Source of the DNA: Candidatus Eiseniibacteriota bacterium
GTDB taxonomy: Bacteria; Eisenbacteria; RBG-16-71-46
Assembly: GCA_005893295.1 (NCBI GenBank)
Contig: VBOY01000031.1
Coordinates: 1,730-65,729, forward strand
Reading direction: 5' to 3'
DNA length: 64,000 nt
Below are positions 55,297-64,000 of the stretch, one piece after another (position 1 is the stretch's first letter; every line of letters starts with the position of its first letter). The notes beneath the pieces are model-generated. The model saw nothing but the letters and a program-made list of their open reading frames with translations. It was not told the origin of the DNA and searched no databases. The position numbers and the translations under genes were made by a program.

Positions 55297-56417
55297 GCAA
55301 GCGAATTCTTTTTGTGGCCGCGGAAGCAGCGTTCTTTGTGACGCATCGCCTCCCTCTTGCGATCGCCGCTCGCAATCGCGGCTACGACGTGCACATCGCT
55401 ACGCCGAGCGGGCGCCTGCTGGAAGTGATTCGCGCCCATGATTTCCCGTGGCACCGAATCGTCGTAATGCGGCCGACGCGTCTTCTTCGTGAGGCGGCAG
55501 CCGTACCGGATCTCGCGGTCCTCTATCGGCGCGTCAGCCCTGATCTTGTCCATCACATCGCCTTGAAGACGGTGCTCTACGGAACGATTGCCGCGCGCAT
55601 GATGCGCGTGCCGGCGGTCGTGAATGCCGTGGCAGGTCTCGGCTACGCGTTCGATGAACGCCGTGCGCGCACAATCCTGGGACGCGGAGTGGCGTTCGCG
55701 TTCGGCAATCTCCTGCGGCATCCGCGTATGCGTGTGATTTTTCAGAACGTCGAAGATCGCGAAGCATTCGTGCGTCGCGGCTGGATCGATGCCAGGCAGG
55801 CGATGCTGATCCGCGGATCGGGTGTCGACACATCGATCTTCACACCGGCCGAGCACGTGCCTGAAGGCACCCCGCTCGTGATCATGGCCTCGCGTCTGCT
55901 GGCGACCAAGGGTGTGGCAGATTTCGTCGAAGCCGCCCGCAAAGTTGCTCAATCGAGTGTGGCGGCGCGCTTCGCGATCGCGGGCGAGCCCGACCCGGAC
56001 AATCCGGAGACGATCACACGCAAAGAACTCGAAGCGTGGCAACGCGAAGGGGTTGTGGAAGTGTGGGGCCGCAGAAACGACATGGCGGAAGTACTGCGCG
56101 CGGCATCGCTTTTCGTTCTGCCGACGTACTATCGCGAAGGTGTGCCAAAAGCACTCATCGAAGCGGCAGCGGCCGGACTTCCCGCGATCACGACCGACAC
56201 GCCGGGATGCCGCGACATCGTCTTGAATGGAGAGACCGGATTGCTCGTGCAGCCGCGCGATGTGTCGAAGCTCGCGGATGCAATCGAGGAGTTGCTGCGC
56301 GATCCGGAGCGGCGACGGGAGATGGGCCGCCGCGCACGCGAGCGCGTGCTCGCCCATTTCTCGCTCGATCAGGTCATCGAGCAAACGATGTCCATTTACG
56401 CGGAGTTGCTCGATTGA
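55293..56417 (+). CDS. Glycosyltransferase family 4 (CapM/WbuB-like)
   Basis: THRLPL, GLGY, IFQN.ED, GSGVD and LPTYYREGVPKALIEAAAAG..TD.PGCRD motifs. Confidence 0.92.
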   Translation: MSKRILFVAAEAAFFVTHRLPLAIAARNRGYDVHIATPSGRLLEVIRAHDFPWHRIVVMRPTRLLREAAAVPDLAVLYRRVSPDLVHHIALKTVLYGTIAARMMRVPAVVNAVAGLGYAFDERRARTILGRGVAFAFGNLLRHPRMRVIFQNVEDREAFVRRGWIDARQAMLIRGSGVDTSIFTPAEHVPEGTPLVIMASRLLATKGVADFVEAARKVAQSSVAARFAIAGEPDPDNPETITRKELEAWQREGVVEVWGRRNDMAEVLRAASLFVLPTYYREGVPKALIEAAAAGLPAITTDTPGCRDIVLNGETGLLVQPRDVSKLADAIEELLRDPERRREMGRRARERVLAHFSLDQVIEQTMSIYAELLD

Positions 56418-56422
56418 CTCTT

Positions 56423-56620
56423 TTAGCTCGGCCCACGTGACAAGATGCCCTCGTACGACTCCATGTGGAGCTTCACGTGTCGCTCGAGCGAGTGCCACTG
56501 CTCGACGATGGGGCTTACCGCCGAGCCAGGGTCATCCGCATGGAGTCGTTGCCGACGAGATCCTCGATGGCTCGGGCCAATGTCGCCGGGTCGACGAGAC
56601 GGAGCGCGATGCCGGCGACT
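56423..56620 (-). pseudogene. C-terminal remnant of a GT4 glycosyltransferase
   Basis: Minus strand reads VAGIALRLVDPATLARAIEDLVGNDSMRMTLARR*, then in a shifted frame IVEQWHSLERHVKLHMESYEGIL; this parallels the C-terminus of the 60902-62125 GT. Confidence 0.55.
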
Positions 56621-56770
56621 GGGGGTTGAAGCGCTTGCCGACTAGATCTCGGATCGTGATCTGCAAGACGTTAGTGGGGGAGGGCGCGATGGCGTCGCCC
56701 ACCGCGGTCGGAGGTGTGCCGTAAGGGGGGCATTTCGGAGTGGAGTGTCACCCCGGTACGCTCCGAGAGC

Positions 56771-57991
56771 CTAATCCGCGTGGCCGTAAGCCTGACGGAT
56801 GTATGGATCAGTGGCGACCTGTGCGAAGGACCGGGATCGGGCGAACCAGCCGGAACGGATCCGGGCCAGCAGGTCCTTGTAGACGATCTCGCTCGGGCTG
56901 GTGCGCATGGGGTTGAGAGCGTAGCGGTCCCATCCAGGCTCGAGACGCAAGGCGCGCAATGCGTGCTCGTAGAGATCGTCGTTGCTCAGCACCGTGGCAC
57001 CGGCCTCGATCGTCTCGGGTCGTTCGGTCGACAGGCGGGTCACGAGGCACGGCACGCCGAGGATCAGCGCCTCTTCTTGGACCGTGCCGCTGTCGGAGAC
57101 GATCAGCTTGGCCTCCTTCTCCAGCTTGAGGAAGTCGAGAAACCCGAGTGGCGGGGTCGTGCGCACGCGCGCCCGCCGCAGCGCGCTCCCGAGGCGGAAG
57201 CGCGCGAGGTTCTTGCGGACGCGCGGCATCAACGGCCACACGACGGGCATCTTCCGAGCCAGCGAGCAGAGGCCGGCGACCTTGGCCGTCAGCGCCACCC
57301 GGTCGTCGGTGTTTTCTTCGCGGTGGAGCGTCACCGCGCAATAGCGTCGAGGTCGCAGGCCGAGCTGGTCGAGGATCGGCGATTGATCGGCGCGCGGCAG
57401 GAATTGCTCCACGGCGTCGTAGATGATGTTGCCGATCACGTGGATCCGGAACGCGGCGATCCCCTCGCGCAGCAGGTTCTCCCGGTAGCGCGGCATGTAG
57501 GCATAGAGGACGTCGGACAGGTGGTCGATCAGGATGCGGCATTTCTCCTCGGGCATGCGCCAGTCGAACGACCGGCCGCCCGCCTCGAGATGGATGACCG
57601 GGATGTTCGCTCGCGCCACCACGAATGACGAGGTCACGCTGTTCGTGTCTCCCAGGTAGAGGACCGCGTCGGGCCTGAACTTCTTCAGCATCTCCTCGAC
57701 CCGCTCGAACAGCAACGAGGTTTGGTACGCGTGGGTCGTAGGCCCGCCCCGCTCGCGCAGCGTGCGGCCCACCTCGAGGTTGTGATCCGGCCGTCGTACA
57801 CGAAGCTGGCGGTAGAAGATCGCGTCCAGCTCGTAATCGAAGTGCTGGCCGGTGTGCATGAACTGGTGTTCATAGCGGTGTTCGTCCTGGCCGCGATCGA
57901 GCAGCTTGATCAGCTTGAACATGCGAATGATGTCGGGACGGATGCCGAGCAGGGTGACCAGTCGGAATCGTTTCTTCGGCATCGGCGTCAC
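56771..57991 (-). CDS. UDP-N-acetylhexosamine 2-epimerase (non-hydrolysing; WecB/WbjD family)
   Basis: GIRPD, HTGQHFD, GDTNS, HLEAG, TLHREENTD, SDSGTVQEE and TERPE motifs. Confidence 0.9.
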   Translation of the reverse strand: MTPMPKKRFRLVTLLGIRPDIIRMFKLIKLLDRGQDEHRYEHQFMHTGQHFDYELDAIFYRQLRVRRPDHNLEVGRTLRERGGPTTHAYQTSLLFERVEEMLKKFRPDAVLYLGDTNSVTSSFVVARANIPVIHLEAGGRSFDWRMPEEKCRILIDHLSDVLYAYMPRYRENLLREGIAAFRIHVIGNIIYDAVEQFLPRADQSPILDQLGLRPRRYCAVTLHREENTDDRVALTAKVAGLCSLARKMPVVWPLMPRVRKNLARFRLGSALRRARVRTTPPLGFLDFLKLEKEAKLIVSDSGTVQEEALILGVPCLVTRLSTERPETIEAGATVLSNDDLYEHALRALRLEPGWDRYALNPMRTSPSEIVYKDLLARIRSGWFARSRSFAQVATDPYIRQAYGHAD

Positions 57992-58806
57992 ATGTCGGCG
58001 AGCATGTCGCCGAACGAGGGGACCCGTAGCGCGCCGTTCAGGTCCTTGACCGTGGCCAGGCGCCGATCCAGGGCCGGCCCGTTGTCAGGCGTGATCATGG
58101 CCTTCACGTCGTACTTCTTCGCGATCGCGGTCACCATCTCGTACTTCGTCACCGCGGTGGAGAAGATGTGGAACAAGCCGTGGTCCGGGTAGCGCCCGCG
58201 ATGGCTCACGATCTCATCGACCACGCGACCGAACTTGACCCACGCCACCAGCGAGACGAACCCGTGGATCTCGGGGCCGATGATCGAGGTCCGCAGCACC
58301 AGCGAGCGCCCGCTCGGCTCGCCGATCGACTTGGACAGGCCGTAGAGATCGTTAGGGCTGTGCGGTGAGTCCTCGGTGTAAGGAGCACCGTCGAGGCCGC
58401 TGAACGCGCAGTCGGTGGTGATCTGGATGAGACGGGAGCCGTAGGCTGCGGCCAGCAGGTGTGGGACCGTGCCATTGATGAACAGCGTCATGAACGGATC
58501 GACCAGGCTGTAGGGTTTGATCACCCCGGCGGCGTTCACCACCCCGTCCACCTCGCCGATCCCGTCCACCAGGGCGGCCAGCGATGGCGCGATCGACTGG
58601 GTCGTGAAGCCGCGCAAGAAGTCGTCGCGCAGCGCGGCCAGGTCGAAGCGCACGCCACGAGCGCTGCTCTTCCCGTAGGTCCGTTCGAGGAGCTCGAGCC
58701 TGGACTCGTCACGATAGACCAGGATCAGCTCGTGGCGATCCTTGAGCACGTCGTAGACGGCGCTGCCGAGCATGCCGGTCGGCGCGATCAGGGCGATGCG
58801 GGACAT
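57988..58806 (-). CDS. RmlD-like NDP-4-keto-6-deoxyhexose reductase, apparently with an in-frame internal deletion
   Basis: PTGMLG, NAAGVIK, ITTDCAFSG, YGLSK and LRTSIIG motifs; abrupt join at WVK|FGRVV. Confidence 0.75.
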   Translation of the reverse strand: MSRIALIAPTGMLGSAVYDVLKDRHELILVYRDESRLELLERTYGKSSARGVRFDLAALRDDFLRGFTTQSIAPSLAALVDGIGEVDGVVNAAGVIKPYSLVDPFMTLFINGTVPHLLAAAYGSRLIQITTDCAFSGLDGAPYTEDSPHSPNDLYGLSKSIGEPSGRSLVLRTSIIGPEIHGFVSLVAWVKFGRVVDEIVSHRGRYPDHGLFHIFSTAVTKYEMVTAIAKKYDVKAMITPDNGPALDRRLATVKDLNGALRVPSFGDMLADM

Positions 58807-58810
58807 GCGG

Positions 58811-59263
58811 CTAGCGGCCCGTAACGGTCCAGACGTCGCCGAACGCGTAGGGATCCATCCGCTCGTCGTCGCCCAGCGATTCCTCGAAGCTCGAGCTCGA
58901 GCCGCAGATCAAGATCGTTTGGGGCTCGAGCGAGACCCAACCGTTCGCGTAGCCGGGAGGAACCACCACCACGTTCGGCTTGCGGGCCGAGCTGATGAAG
59001 GTGTGCCGATCTTCCGGGTGCTCGGGATCGAGCGCCACGAACTTGGCCGCTCCACAACAGATGATGAACACCTTCCACTCTTTGCGATGGCAGTGGAAGC
59101 CCCGGATGACGCCGGCCCCATAGTTGGCGACGTAGTAGATGCGCTTGATCGCCAATCCGGGGGCGAACTCGAGCTCATGCGCGTCCTTGAGCCAGGGCAC
59201 GAATACACCCCGGTCGTCGGACGAGACCTTCGATTCGTACGCGAACGGCTTCGGCTCGGACAT
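58811..59263 (-). CDS. Cupin-fold NDP-sugar epimerase/isomerase (RmlC/WxcM-like)
   Basis: DDRG, IRGFHCH and VVPPGYANG motifs. Confidence 0.82.
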   Translation of the reverse strand: MSEPKPFAYESKVSSDDRGVFVPWLKDAHELEFAPGLAIKRIYYVANYGAGVIRGFHCHRKEWKVFIICCGAAKFVALDPEHPEDRHTFISSARKPNVVVVPPGYANGWVSLEPQTILICGSSSSFEESLGDDERMDPYAFGDVWTVTGR

Positions 59264-59269
59264 CGGCCG

Positions 59270-60235
59270 TCACGGGCTCACGTGGTTGGCGTAGCGGTCC
59301 ATGATGGCGACCATCCGGCGCTCGTTCGAGTACAGCTCGTGCTCCAGGTCCGCCACGCGATTCTCGTTGACCAACCGCACGATCTGCTGGATCCCGTGCG
59401 CGATGGTGCGCGGCGTGCAAGTGGCCAGGATACCGTCCCGCAGCGCCTTGGACACGTCGGCGTGATAGTTGCGGTTGTCCTGGAACTTCTGGTCGGTCTT
59501 TTCGATCTCGCATTCCGTGGTCTCGTGGATGCGAGTAGCGAGATCGATGATGGTGATGTTCTCGGTGGCGATGTTGTAGATCCCCCGGTGCTGCTTGTCG
59601 AGATTGTCCACCAACAGCTGCCCGATGTCGTTCACATGCACGAACGGCCGCCACTGGGCGCCGCCGAAAACGGTGAGCTTTCCCTTACGCACCGCGTTCA
59701 TCGTCATGTAGTTGACGGCGAGGTCCATGCGGATGCGCGAGTAGGTGTCGGAAATACCAAAGGCGGTGCCGAGACGGAAGATCAGGGCGTTCTTGTCACG
59801 CAGGAAAGATTCGGCCGCCAGCTTGGTTTGCGCGTAGACCGACAGCGGGCCGGTCGGAGAGGTCTCCGTGACCGGCTGGTCGCTGGCGCCGTAGACCGAG
59901 CACGTCGACGTGAACAGGATGCGCCCGTCGAAGTTCGCGGCGAGCCATTCGACCGAGTTCTGGTTGATGACCTTGGTCAGCGGCGGGTTGATGGCGCAGG
60001 CACCGTCGCCGACCAGGGCCGGCAGCCAGATCACGTGCGTGTGCCGCTCGAGCAGCGGTTTGAGTCGGTCGTGATCCCGGACGTCGCCGAACACGAAGTT
60101 CACCGGCTTGAGATAGTGGTTCTCGTAGGTCAGGTTGTCGTAGACGGTAAATGGGATCCCGCGTGCCAGGAGCGCCTCGGTCGTACCTCCACCGATGTAT
60201 CCCGCACCACCGACTACCAGGACGTTCGGATTCAT
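59270..60235 (-). CDS. NAD-dependent epimerase/dehydratase (extended SDR)
   Basis: GGAGYIG, VGDGAC, STCSVYG, YAQTK and RMDLAVN motifs. Confidence 0.88.
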   Translation of the reverse strand: MNPNVLVVGGAGYIGGGTTEALLARGIPFTVYDNLTYENHYLKPVNFVFGDVRDHDRLKPLLERHTHVIWLPALVGDGACAINPPLTKVINQNSVEWLAANFDGRILFTSTCSVYGASDQPVTETSPTGPLSVYAQTKLAAESFLRDKNALIFRLGTAFGISDTYSRIRMDLAVNYMTMNAVRKGKLTVFGGAQWRPFVHVNDIGQLLVDNLDKQHRGIYNIATENITIIDLATRIHETTECEIEKTDQKFQDNRNYHADVSKALRDGILATCTPRTIAHGIQQIVRLVNENRVADLEHELYSNERRMVAIMDRYANHVSP

Positions 60236-60444
60236 CGCGATCTTCCAGAGGTGAGACGTTCGGGGGGCGCGCGCTGCGGCCAATCCCGGGGCACGGTGGG
60301 CATTTCGTCCCTCGCTCCGAGGATGCCGCGCGAGTGCACGTGGCTCGCCGCACCTGCAGCGAACGCCCCCGGCCGGCGCGAGTATAGCATGCTGGCGTGG
60401 CGGCGTTGCAGCGCGCGGGCGGCGTCGACTTCAGGAGCGTCCGG

Positions 60445-60905
60445 CTAGAGGCCTTGGTAGAGCGCCGCGAGCTCGCCCATTCCTTCGGTCATGATGATCG
60501 ACAGGCCGGTCAGCATGCATTCCGAGAACTTGCCGGGCGCCGCCACCTCGTTCGCCGGATGGCGCTTGCGGAGGAGCAGTGCGACATCGGCCGCGCACAG
60601 GTATCGCACGACTTCGACGTGCGGGCAGCTGTAAATGCCGTAGTCTTCCGGTGCGATGCCGGCGCGCTTCAAGTGCGGCTCGACGAGCTCCCGATGGCGC
60701 TCGGGAGTCAGGATCAGGAAGTACGCGTCCGGTCGTCCCTGCCGGATCAACCCGAACACCTCCACCAGTTTGTCCGGCACCTGCCACTTCGAGATCAGGT
60801 TGCCGCTGTAGATCACGACGAAGCGGTTCTTCCACCCCGACCTTTCGCGCCGATGGCCGCCCTGTGAAGGGTGGCCATCGGCGCGTTCGTCGAACCCCTC
60901 GTCAT
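60445..60905 (-). pseudogene. Doubly deleted paralog of the 52874-54139 glycosyltransferase
   Basis: IYSGN..WQVP..NEVAAPGKFSE aligns by eye with the paralog; the N-terminal domain and a pre-terminal segment are missing; an ATG overlaps the upstream stop codon. Confidence 0.75.
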
Positions 60906-62125
60906 CGCGTTTCGATCAGACTTTCGTAGAGCTCCAGATGGCGCGTCACGTAGCGATCATAGGAATAATCGGACTCCACGATGCTGCGACCGGCCGTCCC
61001 CATGCTGGCTCGGGCCTCGTCCTCTGCGAGCAGGAACGAGATGGCCGCCGCCAATCCCTCGGCATCGCCGTGAAGCACCGCAATTCCTGCCTCGGGGGCA
61101 CGAATGGTATCGGCCACGGCGGTGTCGGCCGAGGTGACCACCGGGATTCCGCAGGCCATCGCCTCCAGCGCCATCATTCCGAACGATTCCGCCCGTGACG
61201 GCATCAGGAAGACGTCCGCGGCGCTCAGTGCCTCGGCCAGCTGCGTCTCGTCGTTCAGCCAGCCGGTCTCGATGATCTTGAATTTGTCTCCGAGACCAAC
61301 GAAGACCCCTCGCTCCTCAAACACGACCAGGTAGGTCGGCCGATCGATGGGGAGGCGGTGGAATGCCTCGACGAGCCACGGCACACCCTTGGTCTCGCGC
61401 TGCTTCTGCCCGCCTGGAACGCGCAACGCCAGGACCTTCGCGCCGGGCTCGATGCCGAGGCGGGCGCGGCACGCCTCGCGGTCTCGCATCCGCCACACCT
61501 CGAGATCGAGTCCGAACGGAATCAAATGGCACGGAAGCGACGCCAGGAGCGGACTCGCCGCGACCCTGCGTTTCATCCACGGGGAAGCCACGATCAGCGT
61601 GAGTGGAGAATTGTGATAGGCGTGCCGCTTCGCCTTCCAGGTCATCGCCGTGGTGTCGAACCAGATCGTGAAGTTTCTCCTCAGGTCCGGGCACTTGCCG
61701 CAGCCCGTCATCCAGCGTTGGCATTCGACCGGATGAACGCAATGACCGGTCGTGGGCCAGGGATCGTGAAGGGTCCACACCGTGGGGCGGAGACGGGAAA
61801 GGAACGGAATCAGCGGGGTGCTGATGTAGTGTGGATAAATGAGCTGCCAATGAACCAGGTCGGCTTTGCGGAAGCATTGCCTGCCCGGGAAGGAAAGCGC
61901 GAACGGGGACAGCAGACCCTGCAAGCTGGACACGCGCTCGAGCGCGTACAAGCCCCGCTCGAAGATCTCTCCGAGTCGCGAGTAACTGTGAACGCGCGGG
62001 TCCTTGGAGCGCTTGGACACCACCAACATTTCGGAGTCGTGACCACGCTCGACCAGGGATCGATGAAGGCGATAGCCGTTGAATCGCTGAGATGGGTCCA
62101 CCACTCCGAAGAGAATCGTTTGCAC
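60902..62125 (-). CDS. Glycosyltransferase family 4 (WcaC-like)
   Basis: VWTLHDPW..TGHC..C..W..GCGKCP and ADVFLMPSRAESFGMMALEAMACGIP motifs. Confidence 0.88.
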   Translation of the reverse strand: MQTILFGVVDPSQRFNGYRLHRSLVERGHDSEMLVVSKRSKDPRVHSYSRLGEIFERGLYALERVSSLQGLLSPFALSFPGRQCFRKADLVHWQLIYPHYISTPLIPFLSRLRPTVWTLHDPWPTTGHCVHPVECQRWMTGCGKCPDLRRNFTIWFDTTAMTWKAKRHAYHNSPLTLIVASPWMKRRVAASPLLASLPCHLIPFGLDLEVWRMRDREACRARLGIEPGAKVLALRVPGGQKQRETKGVPWLVEAFHRLPIDRPTYLVVFEERGVFVGLGDKFKIIETGWLNDETQLAEALSAADVFLMPSRAESFGMMALEAMACGIPVVTSADTAVADTIRAPEAGIAVLHGDAEGLAAAISFLLAEDEARASMGTAGRSIVESDYSYDRYVTRHLELYESLIETR

Positions 62126-62302
62126 CCATGGCGAGAGTAGCCCAACCGGGACCTGCCGTGGAACGGATCACCCTCCACGCGGATTCGCGTATAAGCCTGA
62201 CCCGATCGGGGCTCCGCGTGTTTGACCGCGCCGCGGCGAACCCATAACGTGCGCGCGTTCCTTGGGACCGCGGTGCCTTCCGAACTTGCGACGAGGCCAG
62301 CC

Positions 62303-63256
62303 ATGCGACGTGTGCTCGTGACCGGTGTCACCGGGTTTGCCGGCAGCCATCTGGTCGATTACATGCTGACCCGCGACGATTGCCAGATCTTCGGCATCCA
62401 ACGGTGGCGCAGCCGCACCGAGAACATCGAGCACTTCGCCGACCGCATCACGCTCCTGGAATGCGACCTGCGCGACGCAACGTCCACCCGGGACACGATC
62501 GACCAGGTGCGTCCGGAGTGGATCTTCCACCTCGCCGCGCAGTCCTACGTGCCGACCTCGTGGAGCGCGCCGACCGAGTCGCTGACGACCAACATCCTGG
62601 GTCAGCTCAACCTGTTCGAGGCGGTGCGCAAGCTGGACCTCAGATGTCGCATCCAGCTCGCGTGCTCGAGCGAAGAATACGGCCTGGTGCTTCCGACCGA
62701 GGTGCCGATCAAGGAGACGAACCCGCTCCGGCCGTTGTCTCCCTACGCGGTGAGCAAGGTGGCGCAGGATATGCTGGGCTACCAATATTGGATGTCGTGG
62801 AAGGTGGACAGCGTTCGCACCCGAGGGTTCAACCACGAAGGCCCGCGCCGCGGCCCGGTGTTCGTCGCATCCGACTTCGCCAAGCAGATCGCCGACATCG
62901 AGAAGGGCCGCAAGCCGCCGGTGGTGCAGGTGGGGAATCTCGCCTCCAAGCGCGACTTCACCGACGTGCGCGACATGGTGCGTGCCTACTGGCTGGCGCT
63001 CGAGAAGGGCGAGCCCGGCGAGGTCTACAACATCTGCAGCGGCGTGGCGTGGAGCATCCAGAAGGTGCTCGACACCCTGCTGTCGTTCAGCTCGGCGCGA
63101 ATCGAGATCAAGCAGGATCCCGTCCGGCTCCGTCCGAGCGACGTCCCGCTGCTGCTCGGGGACAATTCCAAGTTCGTACGGGCGACCGGCTGGCAGTCGG
63201 AGATCCCGTTCGAGCGAACGCTGCGCGACATGCTGGAGCACTGGCGCGCGCGTTGA
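62303..63256 (+). CDS. GDP-mannose 4,6-dehydratase / Rmd-like GDP-4-keto-6-deoxymannose reductase
   Basis: TGVTGFAGSHL, FHLAAQSYV, SSEEYG, SPYAVSK, FNHEGPRR and RDFTDVRD motifs. Confidence 0.88.
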   Translation: MRRVLVTGVTGFAGSHLVDYMLTRDDCQIFGIQRWRSRTENIEHFADRITLLECDLRDATSTRDTIDQVRPEWIFHLAAQSYVPTSWSAPTESLTTNILGQLNLFEAVRKLDLRCRIQLACSSEEYGLVLPTEVPIKETNPLRPLSPYAVSKVAQDMLGYQYWMSWKVDSVRTRGFNHEGPRRGPVFVASDFAKQIADIEKGRKPPVVQVGNLASKRDFTDVRDMVRAYWLALEKGEPGEVYNICSGVAWSIQKVLDTLLSFSSARIEIKQDPVRLRPSDVPLLLGDNSKFVRATGWQSEIPFERTLRDMLEHWRAR

Positions 63257-63284
63257 CCGCCGACCTCGACCGGCCGTGGGCGTC

Positions 63285-64000
63285 GTGCGCGTCCTGATCA
63301 CCGGCGTGGGCGGGTTCGTCGGTCATCATCTGGCCCGCCACCTTCGCGCGGGCGGCCTCGAGCCGCTCGGGCTCGAGCGCGAAGCCTTCCCATCGGCGCT
63401 CGACGGGGTCCTCGGCGCCGGCTACACCGTCGATCTCCGCGACCGGGATGGGCTCGCGGCGGCGGTGGCCGCGGCGCGACCGTCCGCGATCGTTCACCTG
63501 GCGGCGCAGAGCAGCGCGGCGCGCTCGTTCGAGCAGCCGGTCGACACGTTCCATGTGAACGTCCTCGGAACCTGGAATCTGCTCGAAGCGGTGCGCCGAG
63601 AGGTTCCGCGAGCGCGCCTGCTGGTCGTCGGCACGGGCGAGAGCTACGGCCCGCAGCCCGAGGGAACCCGGGTGGCCGAGGACGCGCCCTTCCGCCCGGT
63701 CAGCCCATACGCGTTCTCCAAGGCCGCGGCCGACTTGGGCGCCGAGGCCTGCGCGCAAGCCTGGGGACTCGACGTGGTCCGGGTGCGGGCGTTCAGCCAC
63801 ACCGGGCCCGGCCAGGCCACCCGCTTCGCGGTCGCCTCGTTCGCCGAGCAGATCGCCGCGATCGAGGGGGGGCGAAGGGAGCCCGTGCTTCAGGTGGGGA
63901 ACCTCGAGGTGACCCGCGACCTGCTCGACGTGCGCGACGTGGTCGACGCCTACCGGACGCTGCTCGAACGGGGGCGCAGCGGCGCCGCGTACAACGTGTG
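63285..64000 (+). CDS. Second Gmd/Rmd-family SDR (partial, runs off the window)
   Basis: VRVLITGVGGFVG, HLAAQSS, SPYAFSK, FSHTGPGQ and VGNLEVTRDLLDVRD motifs. Confidence 0.85.
   Translation, partial: MRVLITGVGGFVGHHLARHLRAGGLEPLGLEREAFPSALDGVLGAGYTVDLRDRDGLAAAVAAARPSAIVHLAAQSSAARSFEQPVDTFHVNVLGTWNLLEAVRREVPRARLLVVGTGESYGPQPEGTRVAEDAPFRPVSPYAFSKAAADLGAEACAQAWGLDVVRVRAFSHTGPGQATRFAVASFAEQIAAIEGGRREPVLQVGNLEVTRDLLDVRDVVDAYRTLLERGRSGAAYNV

Overview
A very GC-rich bacterial chromosomal segment, probably from a metagenome-assembled genome; the lineage cannot be determined from the sequence alone. From left to right it holds: (1) the 3' end of a probable aspS; (2) a glucoside/glycogen-to-gluconate cluster (GH63-like glucosidase, debranching enzyme, NDH-2, GMC oxidoreductase, VOC remnant, Zn-dependent glucose dehydrogenase) followed by a MITE-like palindromic element; (3) two divergent DUF4097-like exported proteins, phzF, and a membrane protein-wHTH-uppS operon behind a perfect palindrome; (4) a leucine/methylcrotonyl-CoA cluster interrupted by a stand-alone CTP-synthase-type amidotransferase domain, then qor and an ABC pair; (5) the housekeeping run phoH, 7TM-HD, ybeY, DUF502, recO, glyQ, glyS, pyrR; (6) a GAF-PP2C gene, then the pyr operon (pyrB, pyrC, carA, carB, TPR lipoprotein, pyrK, pyrD, pyrF), which has a PyrR-binding hairpin covering the RBS and a terminator inside the predicted ORF; (7) an ECF sigma/anti-sigma pair and a YyaL-like barrel protein; (8) a decaying surface-polysaccharide locus with GT4s, methyltransferases, a deacetylase, NDP-sugar enzymes and an internally deleted IS630-like element. 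About a dozen genes across the window carry short deletions, frameshifts or a nonsense codon. Product calls come from motif recognition by eye, not from database searches.
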